This document shows positions 20,791 through 31,421 of a stretch of 64,000 bases of DNA, piece by piece. Position numbers and translations under genes: made by a program. The notes beneath the pieces are model-generated. The model was not told where the DNA came from. It was given only the letters and a program-made list of their open reading frames with translations, and ran no database searches. Source of the DNA: an uncultured Planctomycetia bacterium (GTDB taxonomy: Bacteria > Planctomycetota > Planctomycetia > Pirellulales > Thermoguttaceae); contig CAWAAL010000024.1 of assembly GCA_963779975.1 (NCBI GenBank), forward strand, positions 57,153-121,152, given 5' to 3'. Position 1 is the stretch's first letter; each line of letters opens with the position of its first letter.

Positions 20791-22065
20791 TTACCACCGC
20801 GCCTCCAGGCCGACGTTCACCCCATGCAGGAACATGGCCCCGCCATTTTGCAATTGGTTGCCGCTGGGCGACGTCGCGAAGTTGAAATCGAGTTGATCCG
20901 GGGCGAGGGCCAGACCATCGATCCACATCAGGTTGTAGCCGGCCTTCAGGTTCCAGACGTCCGTCAGGCGATAGAGGGCCGAGAGGTTGATCTCGCCGAC
21001 AAAGGCCACTTCGTCGCCGCTAGCCGACACCGACGGCCGTAAGGGGAAACTAGGAAAATCAGTCACCGATTGCGTCTCTTTTGCTGCGTTGCCGAAGATG
21101 CCGGCCTTGCCAGTCGCCTCGCAGCCGAAGCGACTCCACGTGCGTCGCCACCTTGCCCCGGCCTGGGCGCCGAAGAGGTTATTGGTGGTGTGAATGTCGT
21201 AGGCCCCGTCCTCGACTGCCCCGGAAACCGTTTTCTGAACTGCAATGTCGAGTTCTTCGCCGAGGTCGATGTAGCGAAAGCCGGCAAACCACTCGAAAGA
21301 TCGGCAGCGCGCCGCGCCGCCGCCACATTCGTCGTTGACCTCGCCGCCGCCGCAGTCGCCGCCGCCGCAGTCGCCGCCGCCGCAGTCGTCGCGACGCTCG
21401 TCGCAGCACCCGCGACAGCAGACCAAATTCATCTCGAAACTATGCACCCAGGAAGTATAATTCACCTGAGCACTGTCCATGCCGACAAATACATTTCCAA
21501 AGAAGTTACCCGGGAAAATAAGGGCCCCGTTGGGATTGGGAACAGGTGCTACGGTACTCGCGGACGCATTTCCTTGAAAGAGGCCGAAATAGGAGAATTC
21601 GAGCGCCCGGCAACCGCAAAGCCGCACGCCAACCGTTACTTGCAAGCCGGGATCGAAGTTGAAATCGAGATCCGACGTCGACAGCAACGTCGTGCTCGTG
21701 TGGTCGACCTCGTTGTAGTTGACGACGATCGGCTGGCGAGCGAATTGGGGCTCCTGCTTCATGACCAGAGCCTCGACCTGGCCGTAGAACCGGGGACATG
21801 CGTCGTTGCAAGAGGGAAGGCAACACCCACCGAGACCATTGTCCTGCGACTTCGTGGACGGCGCCGTAGATCCCTGCTGGGGGGGCATTGGCGATGTTGC
21901 GTCGCTGGCGGGAACCGTCGCGTTCGATTCGGGCGCATCCGTCTGGCAAATACTCGTCGCCGAGGGTTGCTCGACATCCTTTGCAATCACCAGGGTGGTG
22001 GTTGTCGCGGCGAAGACCACGAACAAGATTCCGACCGTCAATCTCATGCGATTCATGCTCTTCAC
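20791..22065 (-). CDS. Cys-rich putative outer-membrane beta-barrel protein (BBP7-like)
   Basis: signal peptide; 'GGCCLPSCNDACP', 'CCRGCCDERRDDCGGGDCGGGDCGGG'; C-terminal alternating beta-strand pattern ending 'GLEARW'. Confidence 0.55.
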   Translation of the reverse strand: MKSMNRMRLTVGILFVVFAATTTTLVIAKDVEQPSATSICQTDAPESNATVPASDATSPMPPQQGSTAPSTKSQDNGLGGCCLPSCNDACPRFYGQVEALVMKQEPQFARQPIVVNYNEVDHTSTTLLSTSDLDFNFDPGLQVTVGVRLCGCRALEFSYFGLFQGNASASTVAPVPNPNGALIFPGNFFGNVFVGMDSAQVNYTSWVHSFEMNLVCCRGCCDERRDDCGGGDCGGGDCGGGEVNDECGGGAARCRSFEWFAGFRYIDLGEELDIAVQKTVSGAVEDGAYDIHTTNNLFGAQAGARWRRTWSRFGCEATGKAGIFGNAAKETQSVTDFPSFPLRPSVSASGDEVAFVGEINLSALYRLTDVWNLKAGYNLMWIDGLALAPDQLDFNFATSPSGNQLQNGGAMFLHGVNVGLEARW

Positions 22066-22242
22066 TCCGGTTTGCTGATAGGAACCGCTCGTATCGGGAA
22101 GGCCCTATAAACAAATACCCCATTGGTTATAATTAATTACAATCGCGGTGGGTGATGGTGGATGACATCCTCGTCTCTCGTTGACAATCGCGGCGACCAG
22201 GCATGGTCCCACTAAAAGACGGAGGAAGGCAATGTTTCTGTT

Positions 22243-22296
22243 GTCGCTATGATCCATTTTCTTACTATAGTCGCTATGATCCATTTTCTTACTATA
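22243..22296. repeat. 2 x 27-bp perfect tandem repeat in an AT-rich intergenic island upstream of the BBP7-like gene
   Basis: gtcgctatgatccattttcttactata x2. Confidence 0.8.
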
Positions 22297-22443
22297 TTCG
22301 ATCGGACCCGCGCAATTGGAAATTGCAACAAACTGCGACACGTCGGCACAAACAGCATAACCGTCAAACTTTGCCAACTCGCGGGTGCAAGGTCGCCAAC
22401 AAGCAGCCAAAGCAGGGCCCGACAAGGGTTCGGCGCCACGAAA

Positions 22444-22548
22444 GGACCTGAACGGCTACTACTTCTTTACGTCGCGGAGAATGGGCGACTCGGCGCGGGT
22501 GAAGAAGAACGACCTCCTCGCCGGTGACGGTGCTGATGTCATTTGAAA
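22444..22548 (-). pseudogene. 3' fragment of a DUF2294 gene, co-duplicated with element copy 5 (same breakpoint as the 12575 fragment)
   Basis: ctgaacggctactacttctttacgtcgcggagaatgggcgactcggcgcgggtgaagaagaacgacctcctcgccggtgacggtgctgatgtcatttgaaagaaggcc. Confidence 0.55.
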
Positions 22549-22565
22549 GAAGGCCAATAGCCCTA

Positions 22566-22748
22566 TTGCCTTTACCCTTTGGCGGCGTACAATGTGACTG
22601 TTGGAAGAGTCGCATCGCAGATCGTGCTGCTCCAACGAAGTTGTCGGATGACTAGAAAGAGGGCAACCCGGCCCTGCCGGGGGGCTCGTTGACGAGTAAG
22701 CCGACGTGGTCGAATACCTCCGGGTGTTCCGCCACGTCGGCTTTTTTC
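22566..22748 (+). ncRNA. multi-copy promoter-RNA element, copy 5 (complete)
   Basis: -35 TTGCCT 22566-71, -10 TACAAT 22588-93; hairpin gttggaagagtcgcatcgcagatcgtgctgctccaac; core; terminator TTTTTT 22742-47; sigma gene ATG at 22778. Confidence 0.7.
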
Positions 22749-22777
22749 ATTTTCTGCCAGGTTCGGAGTACCCTCCC

Positions 22778-23791
22778 ATGTCGATCTTACCACACTTTCA
22801 CCAACCCCTGCAGACCGCGACAAAACAGCAGATTTTCCAGCAACATCGCCATGGCGACTCGGCGGAGTCGCTGGCCCGGCGTTTTTGTCGGTCCTGCACC
22901 CGCATTTACGGCATCATCAAGGAGATCCGGGCCGCACGGATCATGGAACTGCCGCTGGACTCCATGGGCAACGAGCAGTTTGCCCGCCTGTGCTCGGAGA
23001 AGAAGGAACGCGAGATATTACAGCCACCGCCGGAAGGCGATCTGGCGGCGAAGAAGTCGCGCGTGCCCGCCGGCATGCCCGCGTATCTGGCCAACCTGTA
23101 CGACGTGCCCCTGCTGACGCACGAGGAGGAGGTCCATCTCTTTCGGAAGATGAACTATCTCAAGTTCAAGGCGAGCGGGCTCCGCGACGCCCTCGACGTG
23201 AACCGGCCCAAGAGTTGCCTGATGGACCAGATCGAGGATCTGTACGACGAATCGGTCGCAGTCCAGAATCAGATCATCCGCGCCAACCTGAGGTTGGTGG
23301 TCGGGATTGCCAAGCGGTACGTCGGTCCGGCGGAAGACTTCTTCGAACTGGTCAGCGACGGGAACATGTCGTTGATCCGCGCCGTGCAGAAGTTCGATGT
23401 TTCGCGGGGCAACAGGTTCAGTACGTACGCAACTTGGGCGATCATGAAGAATTTCGCCCGCACGATCTCCGACGTGCTCCGTCAGCGGGGCCGTTTTTGC
23501 ACGAACCACGCGGAAACGTTCGGCGGCGCCGAGGATGACCGCACGGACCAGTACGAGCAGGCGTCGGCCCAAATCCAGCGGGAATCGCAAGTCGAGGGGA
23601 TCCTCGAGCGACTCGACGAGCGGGAGCGGCAGATTGTCACGAGCCGTTTCGGCCTGGCGCGCGGCCAGGAACCGCTGACCTTGAAGCAGGTCGGGGCTGC
23701 GATCGGCGTAACCAAAGAGCGGGTCCGTCAGATCCAGTGCCGGGCGATGAGCAAATTGAGAACGGCTGCCGAGGAGGACGGAATCGAGTGA
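22778..23791 (+). CDS. sigma-70 family sigma factor (group 3-like)
   Basis: '[39 protein letters not shown]', 'LTLKQVGAAIGVTKERVRQIQCRAMSKLR'. Confidence 0.8.
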   Translation: MSILPHFHQPLQTATKQQIFQQHRHGDSAESLARRFCRSCTRIYGIIKEIRAARIMELPLDSMGNEQFARLCSEKKEREILQPPPEGDLAAKKSRVPAGMPAYLANLYDVPLLTHEEEVHLFRKMNYLKFKASGLRDALDVNRPKSCLMDQIEDLYDESVAVQNQIIRANLRLVVGIAKRYVGPAEDFFELVSDGNMSLIRAVQKFDVSRGNRFSTYATWAIMKNFARTISDVLRQRGRFCTNHAETFGGAEDDRTDQYEQASAQIQRESQVEGILERLDERERQIVTSRFGLARGQEPLTLKQVGAAIGVTKERVRQIQCRAMSKLRTAAEEDGIE

Positions 23792-23811
23792 TTCCAAGGG
23801 AAAGGGACAAC

Positions 23812-24195
23812 ATGACACTGAGTGAATATTTCGAGAATGCCAGAGGTTTCGGCGTCTTGGCGACAACCGACGCCGCCGCCCAAGTGAATCAGGCGATCTA
23901 CGCCAAGCCTCTCTTTTTGGACAAGGACGACGACGGGACTTGCTCCTTCATCATGAGCAACCGCCTCACCCACGACAACGTCGAACATAACCCAAGCGCA
24001 TCGTATCTCTTTATCGAAGATGGCGGAGGCTTCGTCGGCAAGCGGCTATCGCTGGTGATCATCGACGAGGAGACCGATCCCGAGAAGATCGAGGCGATCC
24101 GCCGCCGCGTCGAACTGCCGATGAGCGAAGAGGAATGCAAGTACCTCGTCCATTTCCACATCGAGGGCGTGCGCCCGCTGCGCGGCAACGCATGA
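23812..24195 (+). CDS. pyridoxamine 5'-phosphate oxidase-like FMN-binding split-barrel protein (general-stress-protein-26-like)
   Basis: 'MTLSEYFENARGFGVLATTDAAAQVNQAIYAKPLFLDKDDDGTCSFIMSNRL'. Confidence 0.5.
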   Translation: MTLSEYFENARGFGVLATTDAAAQVNQAIYAKPLFLDKDDDGTCSFIMSNRLTHDNVEHNPSASYLFIEDGGGFVGKRLSLVIIDEETDPEKIEAIRRRVELPMSEEECKYLVHFHIEGVRPLRGNA

Positions 24196-24349
24196 TGCAG
24201 CAGATTCGTCTGCCGGACGAGCAAGGCCCGCAGACGAATTCGCAAACAAGACGCAACCGTAAGGGAATCAACGGCTTGCGAAATCGGCCCTTGAATTCCC
24301 CGGTGAGGGCAATAGAATTGGCTCGAACCCTAGGGTACCGATAACGATC

Positions 24350-24979
24350 ATGGAAAACGCGATCCCGATTACGACTTTGTTCCTGGACGTCGGCGGCGTG
24401 TTGCTCACCAACGGGTGGGGCCGTCAATCCCGGGCACTGGCCGCCAAGACGTTCGAACTGAACCTGGACGAGTTGGAAGACCGGCATCACCTGACCTTCG
24501 ATACCTACGAAGTGGGCAAACTGACGCTGGAGGAATACCTGGACCGGACCGTTTTCTATGAGGACCGGCCGTTCACGCAGGACCAGTTCCGGGAATTCAT
24601 GTTCGCGCAGTCGCAACCTTATCCTGAGATGATCGAGCTGGTCCGCAATCTCAAGGCGCAGCACGAACTGAAGATCGCCGTAGTCAACAACGAAGCCCGC
24701 GAACTGAATTCGCATCGGATTCGAACCTTCAAGCTGGAGCAGTTCGTAGACTTCTTCATTTCCTCCTGCTTTGTCCACTTTCGCAAGCCCGACGCGGACA
24801 TCTTTCGGCTCGCGCTGGACATTGCCCAGGTGCCAGCCGAGCAAGTCGTCTATATCGACGACCAGCCGCTGTTCGTTCAGGTCGCGGACGGTCTGGGGAT
24901 TCGCGGCATCCGTCACGCGGGTTACCAGTCGACGAGCGCACAACTGGCCTCGTTCGGCCTGAAGCATGACGGGAATTAG
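24350..24979 (+). CDS. HAD-superfamily hydrolase (subfamily IA)
   Basis: 'ITTLFLDVGGVLLTNGW' motif I; 'VVYIDDQPLFVQVADGLGIRGI' motif IV. Confidence 0.7.
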   Translation: MENAIPITTLFLDVGGVLLTNGWGRQSRALAAKTFELNLDELEDRHHLTFDTYEVGKLTLEEYLDRTVFYEDRPFTQDQFREFMFAQSQPYPEMIELVRNLKAQHELKIAVVNNEARELNSHRIRTFKLEQFVDFFISSCFVHFRKPDADIFRLALDIAQVPAEQVVYIDDQPLFVQVADGLGIRGIRHAGYQSTSAQLASFGLKHDGN

Positions 24980-24981
24980 CT

Positions 24982-26214
24982 ATGGAACCCGCGAAAGCCG
25001 CTAGCCCGCGCATCCTGACGATCAACGGCGGCTCGTCGAGCATCAAGTTCGCGCTTTTCGAGGCCGGTGCCCCGCCGAAGCGGGTTCTTTCGGGCGGGAT
25101 TGAGCGGATCGGAACGCCGGATGCCACCTTCCAGGTGAAAGGCTTCGGCCAGATGGAGAATTTCTCGCGGCGAATTGCCGCGCCGGATCACACCGCGGCC
25201 GTGGGCGCTCTGATGGATTGGATCGAGGAACAAATCGGTAGTGGCGCCTTGACCGCGGTGGGGCATCGCGTCGTGCATGGCGGGCCGAAGTACAGCGACC
25301 CGGCGTTGATCACCAAGGAAATGGTCGAGGAGTTGCGTCAACTCAAACCATTCGATCCGGAGCACCTGCCGGAAGAGATCCAGTTGACCGAGGCATTTCA
25401 TCGCCGATTCCCTGACCTGCCGCAAGTGGCCTGTTTCGATACGGCCTTTTACCATGACCTGCCGCGCGTGGCCCAGTTGCTGCCGATCCCGCGCCGCTAC
25501 GAGGCGCAGGGCGTGCGCCGGTACGGCTTTCACGGGCTGTCGTATGCGTTTCTGATGGAAGAGCTGGCCCGCCTGGCGGGAGCGGAAGCGGCACAAGGCC
25601 GGATCATCCTCGCCCACCTTGGCAATGGCGCAAGCCTGGCGGCAGTGCATCACGGCAAAGCCGTGGACACGAGCATGAGTTTCACCCCGACCGCCGGCGT
25701 GCCGATGAGCACCCGCTCAGGCGATCTCGATCCCGGACTCGTTTGGTATCTGGCACGCACGGAGAAAATGAGCGCAAAGCAATTCAACGAGATGGTCAAT
25801 TTCCAGTCCGGGCTGCTCGGCGTGTCGGAGACCAGTTCCGACATGCGCGACCTGCTCGACCAGGAGACGCAGGACGTGCGGGCGGCGGAAGCGGTCTCGC
25901 TGTTTTGCTACCAGGTCAAGAAATGGATCGGCGCATTCGCGGCGGCGCTCGGTGGATTGGACACGCTGGTGTTCGCGGGAGGCATCGGCGAAAACGCTCC
26001 CGCGGTCCGCGCCCGGATTTGCCAAGGGCTGGAATTCCTGGGGATCGAACTCGAAGAAAAACACAACGCGGCCAACGCAGGCGTGATTTCCGCGTCCGCC
26101 AGGCGGGTAAGCGTCCGCGTCATTCGCACCGACGAAGAACTGATGATCGCCAAGACGGCTTGCCGCGTTCTTGGTCTGAGCGGACCCCAACCCGCTTGCG
26201 GTTTGTCGATTTAA
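24982..26214 (+). CDS. ackA: acetate kinase
   Basis: 'ILTINGGSSSIKFALFEAG', 'VVHGGPKYSD', 'RRYGFHGLSYAF', 'ILAHLGNGASL'. Confidence 0.9.
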   Translation: MEPAKAASPRILTINGGSSSIKFALFEAGAPPKRVLSGGIERIGTPDATFQVKGFGQMENFSRRIAAPDHTAAVGALMDWIEEQIGSGALTAVGHRVVHGGPKYSDPALITKEMVEELRQLKPFDPEHLPEEIQLTEAFHRRFPDLPQVACFDTAFYHDLPRVAQLLPIPRRYEAQGVRRYGFHGLSYAFLMEELARLAGAEAAQGRIILAHLGNGASLAAVHHGKAVDTSMSFTPTAGVPMSTRSGDLDPGLVWYLARTEKMSAKQFNEMVNFQSGLLGVSETSSDMRDLLDQETQDVRAAEAVSLFCYQVKKWIGAFAAALGGLDTLVFAGGIGENAPAVRARICQGLEFLGIELEEKHNAANAGVISASARRVSVRVIRTDEELMIAKTACRVLGLSGPQPACGLSI

Positions 26215-26305
26215 TCGAAAACTGACCAAAGAATAAGGACTTACGCCGACAGCATTGACGTACTCCGTATTTATCGGTGCATCCCGGCCTTAAATCGACA
26301 GACCG

Positions 26306-26527
26306 CTTGCCGGGCTGGTGAAGAAGTCTTTCTAGCGAGTAAGATCCGCAACAACCGATCAACGACCCCTGCCAGCTTGTCTGGCAGGTGAAGGAGTTTT
26401 GTTAGCGACTCGACAGGATCCCAACGATCCTCTTGTCGCGTCCGGTCCGGCACCCGGAGGGTGCCGGACCGGACGCGAAATGCGTTGGGGAGACGGCACC
26501 GTTCTCGCTAATAAAACTCGTTCACCA
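26306..26527. repeat. ~222-bp intergenic element bounded by 34-bp imperfect terminal inverted repeats (17-bp perfect core) with an internal perfect palindrome (26441-26473)
   Basis: cttgccgggctggtgaagaagtctttctagcgag ... ctcgctaataaaactcgttcaccagcccggcaag; internal tccggtccggcaccc gga gggtgccggaccgga; internal ~28-bp direct repeat ggtgaagaagtctttctagcgag / ggtgaaggagttttgttagcgac. Confidence 0.6.
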
Positions 26528-26587
26528 GCCCGGCAAGCGGGCTGGGGTCCCGAATAGATGCTGGAGACGCGTATCCGCCAATTCAGT

Positions 26588-26616
26588 TTGTGAGTTGCCC
26601 GTGCGATTTATATAAT
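26588..26616 (+). promoter_or_regulatory. candidate sigma-70-like promoter for xfp
   Basis: TTGTGA - 17 bp - TATAAT, ~130 nt upstream of the xfp ATG. Confidence 0.35.
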
Positions 26617-26743
26617 TGATGCGATCGCAGAGAAACCGGATGTATTGAGAGAGCAAACCCTGGATCATCCGCCTGATCGTCCTTGGCAGTTGAGTTTCCT
26701 TTGAGTTGCAAAACATGAAACGAAGAAGAGGGAGCCTTGATCC

Positions 26744-29150
26744 ATGACGACAAAAGCCCTTTCCCCCGAACTGCTCCAGAAGATGGACGCTTATTGGCGC
26801 GCCGCGAACTATCTCTCGGTCGGCCAGATTTACCTTTATGACAATCCCCTCCTGAAGCGGCCGCTTGCGCTTGCCGACGTGAAGCACATGCTGCTGGGAC
26901 ACTGGGGCACGACCCCCGGACAGAACTTCATCTACGCACACCTGAACCGGGTCATCAAGAAATACGACCTCGACATGATTTATGTCTCCGGTCCGGGGCA
27001 CGGCGGCCCGGCCGTCGTGGCCAACACGTACCTCGAAGGCACGTACAGCGAGGTCTATCCCGACATCAGCCAGGACGAGGCCGGGCTGCGGAAGCTCTTT
27101 CTGCAGTTCTCGTTTCCCGGAGGAATTCCCAGCCACGCATCGCCCGAGTGCCCGGGCTCGATCCACGAGGGCGGCGAGTTGGGCTATTCGCTCAGCCATT
27201 CGTTCGGAGCGGTGTTCGACAATCCCGGTCTCATCGTCGCCTGCGTCGTCGGCGACGGCGAGGCGGAGACGGGACCGCTGGCCACGGCGTGGCATTCGAA
27301 CAAGTTCCTCGATCCGGCCACCGATGGCGCGGTGCTGCCGATCTTGCATCTCAACGGCTACAAGATTTCCAACCCGACCATCCTGGCCCGCATCGAGCAC
27401 GAGGAATTGGAGCAGTTGCTCCGCGGCTACGGGTGGACGCCCTACTTCGTCGAGGGGCACGAGCCCGAACTGATGCACGAGGCGATGGCCGCGACGCTCG
27501 ACGCGGCGGTGGAGCAGATCCGACAAGTCCAGGACAACGCCCGCCGACCATCGGTAGATGGCGCCCCCTACAGCCTGACGCGTCCGCGCTGGCCGATGAT
27601 CGTGCTGAACTCGCCCAAGGGCTGGACGGGGCCGAAGATGATCGATGGATTGCAAGTGGAAGGCACCTTCCGGGCGCACCAGGTGCCGCTCTCCGATCCG
27701 GCGACGCATCCGGAACACCTCAAGCTGCTGGAAGACTGGCTGAGGAGCTACCGGCCGGAGGAACTCTTCGACGATTCAGGCCGCCTGAAAGCGGAGTTGG
27801 CCGAACTGGCGCCCCAAGGCCAGCGGCGCATGGGCGCCAATCCCCACGCCAACGGCGGCCTGCTGCTCCGCGACCTGCGGATGCCGGACTTCCGCGACTA
27901 CGCGGAAGCCGTACCCTCGCCGGGCGCGCGCGGCATCGGCGAACGTCCACGTGCTCGGGCCTTTCCTCCGCGACGTGGCGAAGCTCAACGCCGAGCCGAC
28001 CATGGGTACACGGTGCCCGAACTTTCGCGTCTTCGGCCCTGACGAGACGCTCTCCAACGGCCTGGAGGCCCTTTTCGAAGTGACGCAGCGCCAATGGGAC
28101 GCCGCAACCGTGCCCAACGACGAATTCCTCGCGCCCGCGGGGCGGGTGATGGAAATGCTCAGCGAACATCAATGCGAGGGCTGGCTCGAAGGCTACCTGC
28201 TCACCGGGCGGCATGGACTCTTCAACTGCTACGAGGCCTTCATCCACATCGTCGATTCGATGTTCAACCAGCACGCCAAGTGGCTGAAGGTCACGTCGCG
28301 CTTGCCGTGGCGGCGGAAGATCGCCTCGCTGAACTACCTGCTGGCCTCGCACGTCTGGCGCCAGGACCACAACGGTTTCACGCACCAGGACCCCGGTTTC
28401 ATCGATCACGTCCTGAACAAGAAGGCCGAAATCGTCCGCGTTTACCTCCCCCCGGACGCCAACTGCCTGCTCTCCGTGATCGACCACTGCCTCCGCAGCC
28501 GGCATTACGTGAACGTCGTGGTCGCGGGCAAACACCCCGCGCCGCAGTGGCTGACGATGGACGCCGCCGTCAAGCACTGCACCGAGGGCATCGGCATCTG
28601 GCCGTGGGCGAGCAACGACCAGGGCGTCGCCCCCGACGTGGTCATGGCCTGCTGCGGCGACGTGCCCACGCTGGAGACGCTCGCCGCCGTCTCGATCCTC
28701 CGCGAGCATCTGCCGGAGTTGAAGATCCGGGTGCTCAACGTCGTCGACCTCATGCGGCTGCAACCGCAAAGCGAACACCCGCACGGGCTGAGCGACATGG
28801 ATTTCGACGAGCTTTTCACCAAGGACAAGCCGGTCATCTTCGCGTTCCATGCCTACCCATGGCTGGTCCACCGGCTGACCTACCGCCGCACCAACCACCG
28901 CAACATCCACGTCCGCGGCTACAAGGAAGAGGGCACCATCACCACGCCCTTCGACATGACGGTGCTGAACGATCTGGACCGCTTCCATCTTGTGATGGAC
29001 GTCATCGACCGCCTGCCGCAGACCGGCGACAAGGGCATCTATCTCAAGCAGCAACTCAAGGACAAGCTCATCGAGCACAAGCAATACATCGAGAAGTACG
29101 GCCAGGACCTGCCGGAAATCCGCAACTGGAAGTGGGACAACCTCAAATGA
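26744..29150 (+). CDS. xfp: xylulose-5-phosphate/fructose-6-phosphate phosphoketolase (802 aa); apparent frameshift ~27935-27950
   Basis: '[20 protein letters not shown]', 'GPGHGGPA', '[20 protein letters not shown]'; C-terminal half continues in ORF 27951..29150 ('FLRDVAKLN...[13 protein letters not shown]'). Confidence 0.85.
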
Positions 29151-29367
29151 ATGCACAAGCGCTTATGGACTGCCCGCGCTGTCCAGCAACCGGCATTGGA
29201 GACTTGGCAAGGCAAGGAGGCCCACGTAACGGCGGCACGGCAAGCCCTGGTTCATCGGGCCCGGTGCAACCGGGCAGCGCGTCGCGGCGAATATGATGCC
29301 GCGATGGAACGAATACGAGCGTCACAACAAGTGTCCGGCAACTCATGTAACTTGTGAAACTGAAGGG

Positions 29368-30237
29368 ATGACGATGAAAGTCAATTTGAACGATTTCCGC
29401 GTGCGGCCCGGAAAGAAGACCGCACTCGAAGAGTGGCCGACGATCGTCAAGCCCTTCTGCACGTCGAAAAAGCGGTATCGAAAACTGCTGGAAAAGCACG
29501 TCGAGGAGCTGAGCGCGCTGCAGAATCTTCACTACGCGTCCAGTCGCTATGCATTGCTGCTGATTTTCCAGGGAATGGACGCTGCCGGCAAGGACGGCGC
29601 CGTCCGGCACGTCATGTCCGGGGTCAATCCGGAGGGCTGCGAGGTTTTCAGTTTCAAACAGCCCAGCGCCGAGGAATTAAAACACGATTTTCTATGGCGC
29701 TCGACCTGCCGCCTGCCGGAGCGCGGGCGGATCGGCATCTTCAATCGTTCCTACTACGAGGAGGTGCTCGTCGTTCGCGTGCATCCGGAGATCCTCCGCA
29801 ACCAAGGGCTTCCGCATGAGCTTGTCGACGAAAAGAACCTTTGGAAGGAGCGGTATCGTTCCATCGTTGACTTTGAGGAGCATCTCCACCGTAACGGTAC
29901 CCGGATCATCAAGGTTTTCCTCCACCTGTCGAAGGACGAACAGCGAAAGCGGTTCCTGGAGCGCATCGACGAATCGGACAAAAATTGGAAATTCAGCCTC
30001 GCCGACATCCAGGAGAGGAAATACTGGAAACAATACACGAAGGCCTTTGAGGCCTGCCTGACCGCGACGAGCACGCGCCACGCGCCGTGGTACGTCGTTC
30101 CCGCCGACGATAAGGAGAATGCCCGGTTGGTTGTTTCCCAAATCGTTCTCGATGCGCTCAATGACCTTAAGATGGCCTATCCCAAGACCACCGCCAAACG
30201 CCGGCGGGAACTGAAATCGATCCGCAAACGGCTCTGA
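29368..30237 (+). CDS. ppk2: polyphosphate kinase 2 family (PPK2) nucleotide phosphotransferase
   Basis: '[42 protein letters not shown]', '[17 protein letters not shown]'. Confidence 0.8.
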   Translation: MTMKVNLNDFRVRPGKKTALEEWPTIVKPFCTSKKRYRKLLEKHVEELSALQNLHYASSRYALLLIFQGMDAAGKDGAVRHVMSGVNPEGCEVFSFKQPSAEELKHDFLWRSTCRLPERGRIGIFNRSYYEEVLVVRVHPEILRNQGLPHELVDEKNLWKERYRSIVDFEEHLHRNGTRIIKVFLHLSKDEQRKRFLERIDESDKNWKFSLADIQERKYWKQYTKAFEACLTATSTRHAPWYVVPADDKENARLVVSQIVLDALNDLKMAYPKTTAKRRRELKSIRKRL

Positions 30238-30239
30238 GT

Positions 30240-30360
30240 CAGCCCCGCTATTTCTTCTTCGCGTCGCGGAGCATCGGCGACTCGGCCAGGGTGAAAAGAA
30301 CGACCTCCTCGCCAGTGAGGGTGCTTATGTCATGGCGCATGCTCAACGCAATCCAGGCAA
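30240..30360 (-). pseudogene. 3' fragment of a DUF2294 gene with its own ATG (mini-ORF MMIAWIALSMRHDISTLTGEEVVLFTLAESPMLRDAKKK*), co-duplicated with element copy 6
   Basis: ctatttcttcttcgcgtcgcggagcatcggcgactcggccagggtgaaaagaacgacctcctcgccagtgagggtgcttatgtcatggcgcatgctcaacgc. Confidence 0.5.
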
Positions 30361-30396
30361 TCATCATATCAAGGTTAGAAAAAGGGCAATAGTCGC

Positions 30397-30581
30397 TTGC
30401 CTTTTTTGCGTGGCTGGTTACAATGACCGGTGGGAAGAGTCGCGGCGGACTAGACTGTGGCTTTTCACTGGAATTGTCGGATGACTAGATAGAGGGCAAC
30501 CCGGCCGTGCCGGGGGGCTCGGTAGCGAGTAAGCCGACGTGGTCGAATACCTGCGGGTATTCCGTCACGTCGGCTTTTTTC
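30397..30581 (+). ncRNA. multi-copy promoter-RNA element, copy 6 (complete)
   Basis: -35 TTGCCT 30397-402, -10 TACAAT 30419-24; core tgtcggatgactagatagagggcaacccggccgtgccgggggg; terminator TTTTTT 30575-80. Confidence 0.7.
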
Positions 30582-30636
30582 GTTTTCTGCCAGTTTTGGT
30601 CCAAGCCCCACTTGTTACCCAATGAGGAACTGAATC

Positions 30637-31170
30637 ATGTCCGAGAAGAAGTCCGTTGTCGCTATTTTTGAAACCCACGATCAAGCCGAGGACGCTGTTC
30701 GCGAACTCCAGAAGGACGGCTTCGACATGAAGAAGCTGTCGATCGTCGGCAAGGCTTACCTCACGGACGAGCACGTCGTCGGCTACTACAACACGGGCGA
30801 CCGCATGATGTATTGGGGCAAGCTGGGGGCCTTCTGGGGCGGCTTCTGGGGACTGCTCTTCGGCTCCGCGTTCTTCTGGGTGCCGGGCATCGGTCCGCTC
30901 GTCGTGGCGGGACCGTTGGTGACCTGGATCGTCGCCGGGCTCGAAGGCGCCGTCATGACAGGATCGCTCACCGCTCTCGGCGCAGGACTCTACAGCATCG
31001 GGATTCCCAAGAACAGCATCGTAGAATACGAGACCGAGGTGAAGAGCGGCAAGCTTCTCCTGGTTGCCCACGGAACGGCCGACGAAGTGGAACACGCCCG
31101 GGACCTCCTGCATCAGACGGGAGTGGAGACAGCAACGGTTCATGCGGAGCGGGTCGCAGTCGGCGTCTAA
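30637..31170 (+). CDS. stress-associated membrane protein, DUF1269/YflT-like (N-terminal soluble domain + Gly-rich TM region)
   Basis: 'SVVAIFETHDQAEDAVRELQKDGFDMKKLSIVGK' then 'GAFWGGFWGLLFGSAFFWVPGIGPLVVAGPLVTWIVAGLEGAVMTGSLTALGAGL'. Confidence 0.45.
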   Translation: MSEKKSVVAIFETHDQAEDAVRELQKDGFDMKKLSIVGKAYLTDEHVVGYYNTGDRMMYWGKLGAFWGGFWGLLFGSAFFWVPGIGPLVVAGPLVTWIVAGLEGAVMTGSLTALGAGLYSIGIPKNSIVEYETEVKSGKLLLVAHGTADEVEHARDLLHQTGVETATVHAERVAVGV

Positions 31171-31181
31171 GGTCAGGAACC

Positions 31182-31391
31182 ATGGAAGACCACCACGAGC
31201 ATGGCCACCAACACGAGCATGACCACCACCACGGGCCGCCGCGCAGGAAACTGCATCGCGATTGGCGCCTGTGGCTGGTGGTCGGCCTGATGCTGGCCGC
31301 GATGCTCATGTACGTTTTGTCAGACAACGAGCGATTCGGTCTGGGACGAGGTACGGGAAAGATCTCCCCGCCCGTCCCGGCGATGCCGTGA
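31182..31391 (+). CDS. His-rich small membrane protein (possible metal-binding)
   Basis: 'MEDHHEHGHQHEHDHHHGPPRRKLHRDWRLWLVVGLMLAAMLMYVL'. Confidence 0.45.
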   Translation: MEDHHEHGHQHEHDHHHGPPRRKLHRDWRLWLVVGLMLAAMLMYVLSDNERFGLGRGTGKISPPVPAMP

Positions 31392-31421
31392 TCCTCGGGG
31401 AGCCAGGGGGGAGGATATCGG

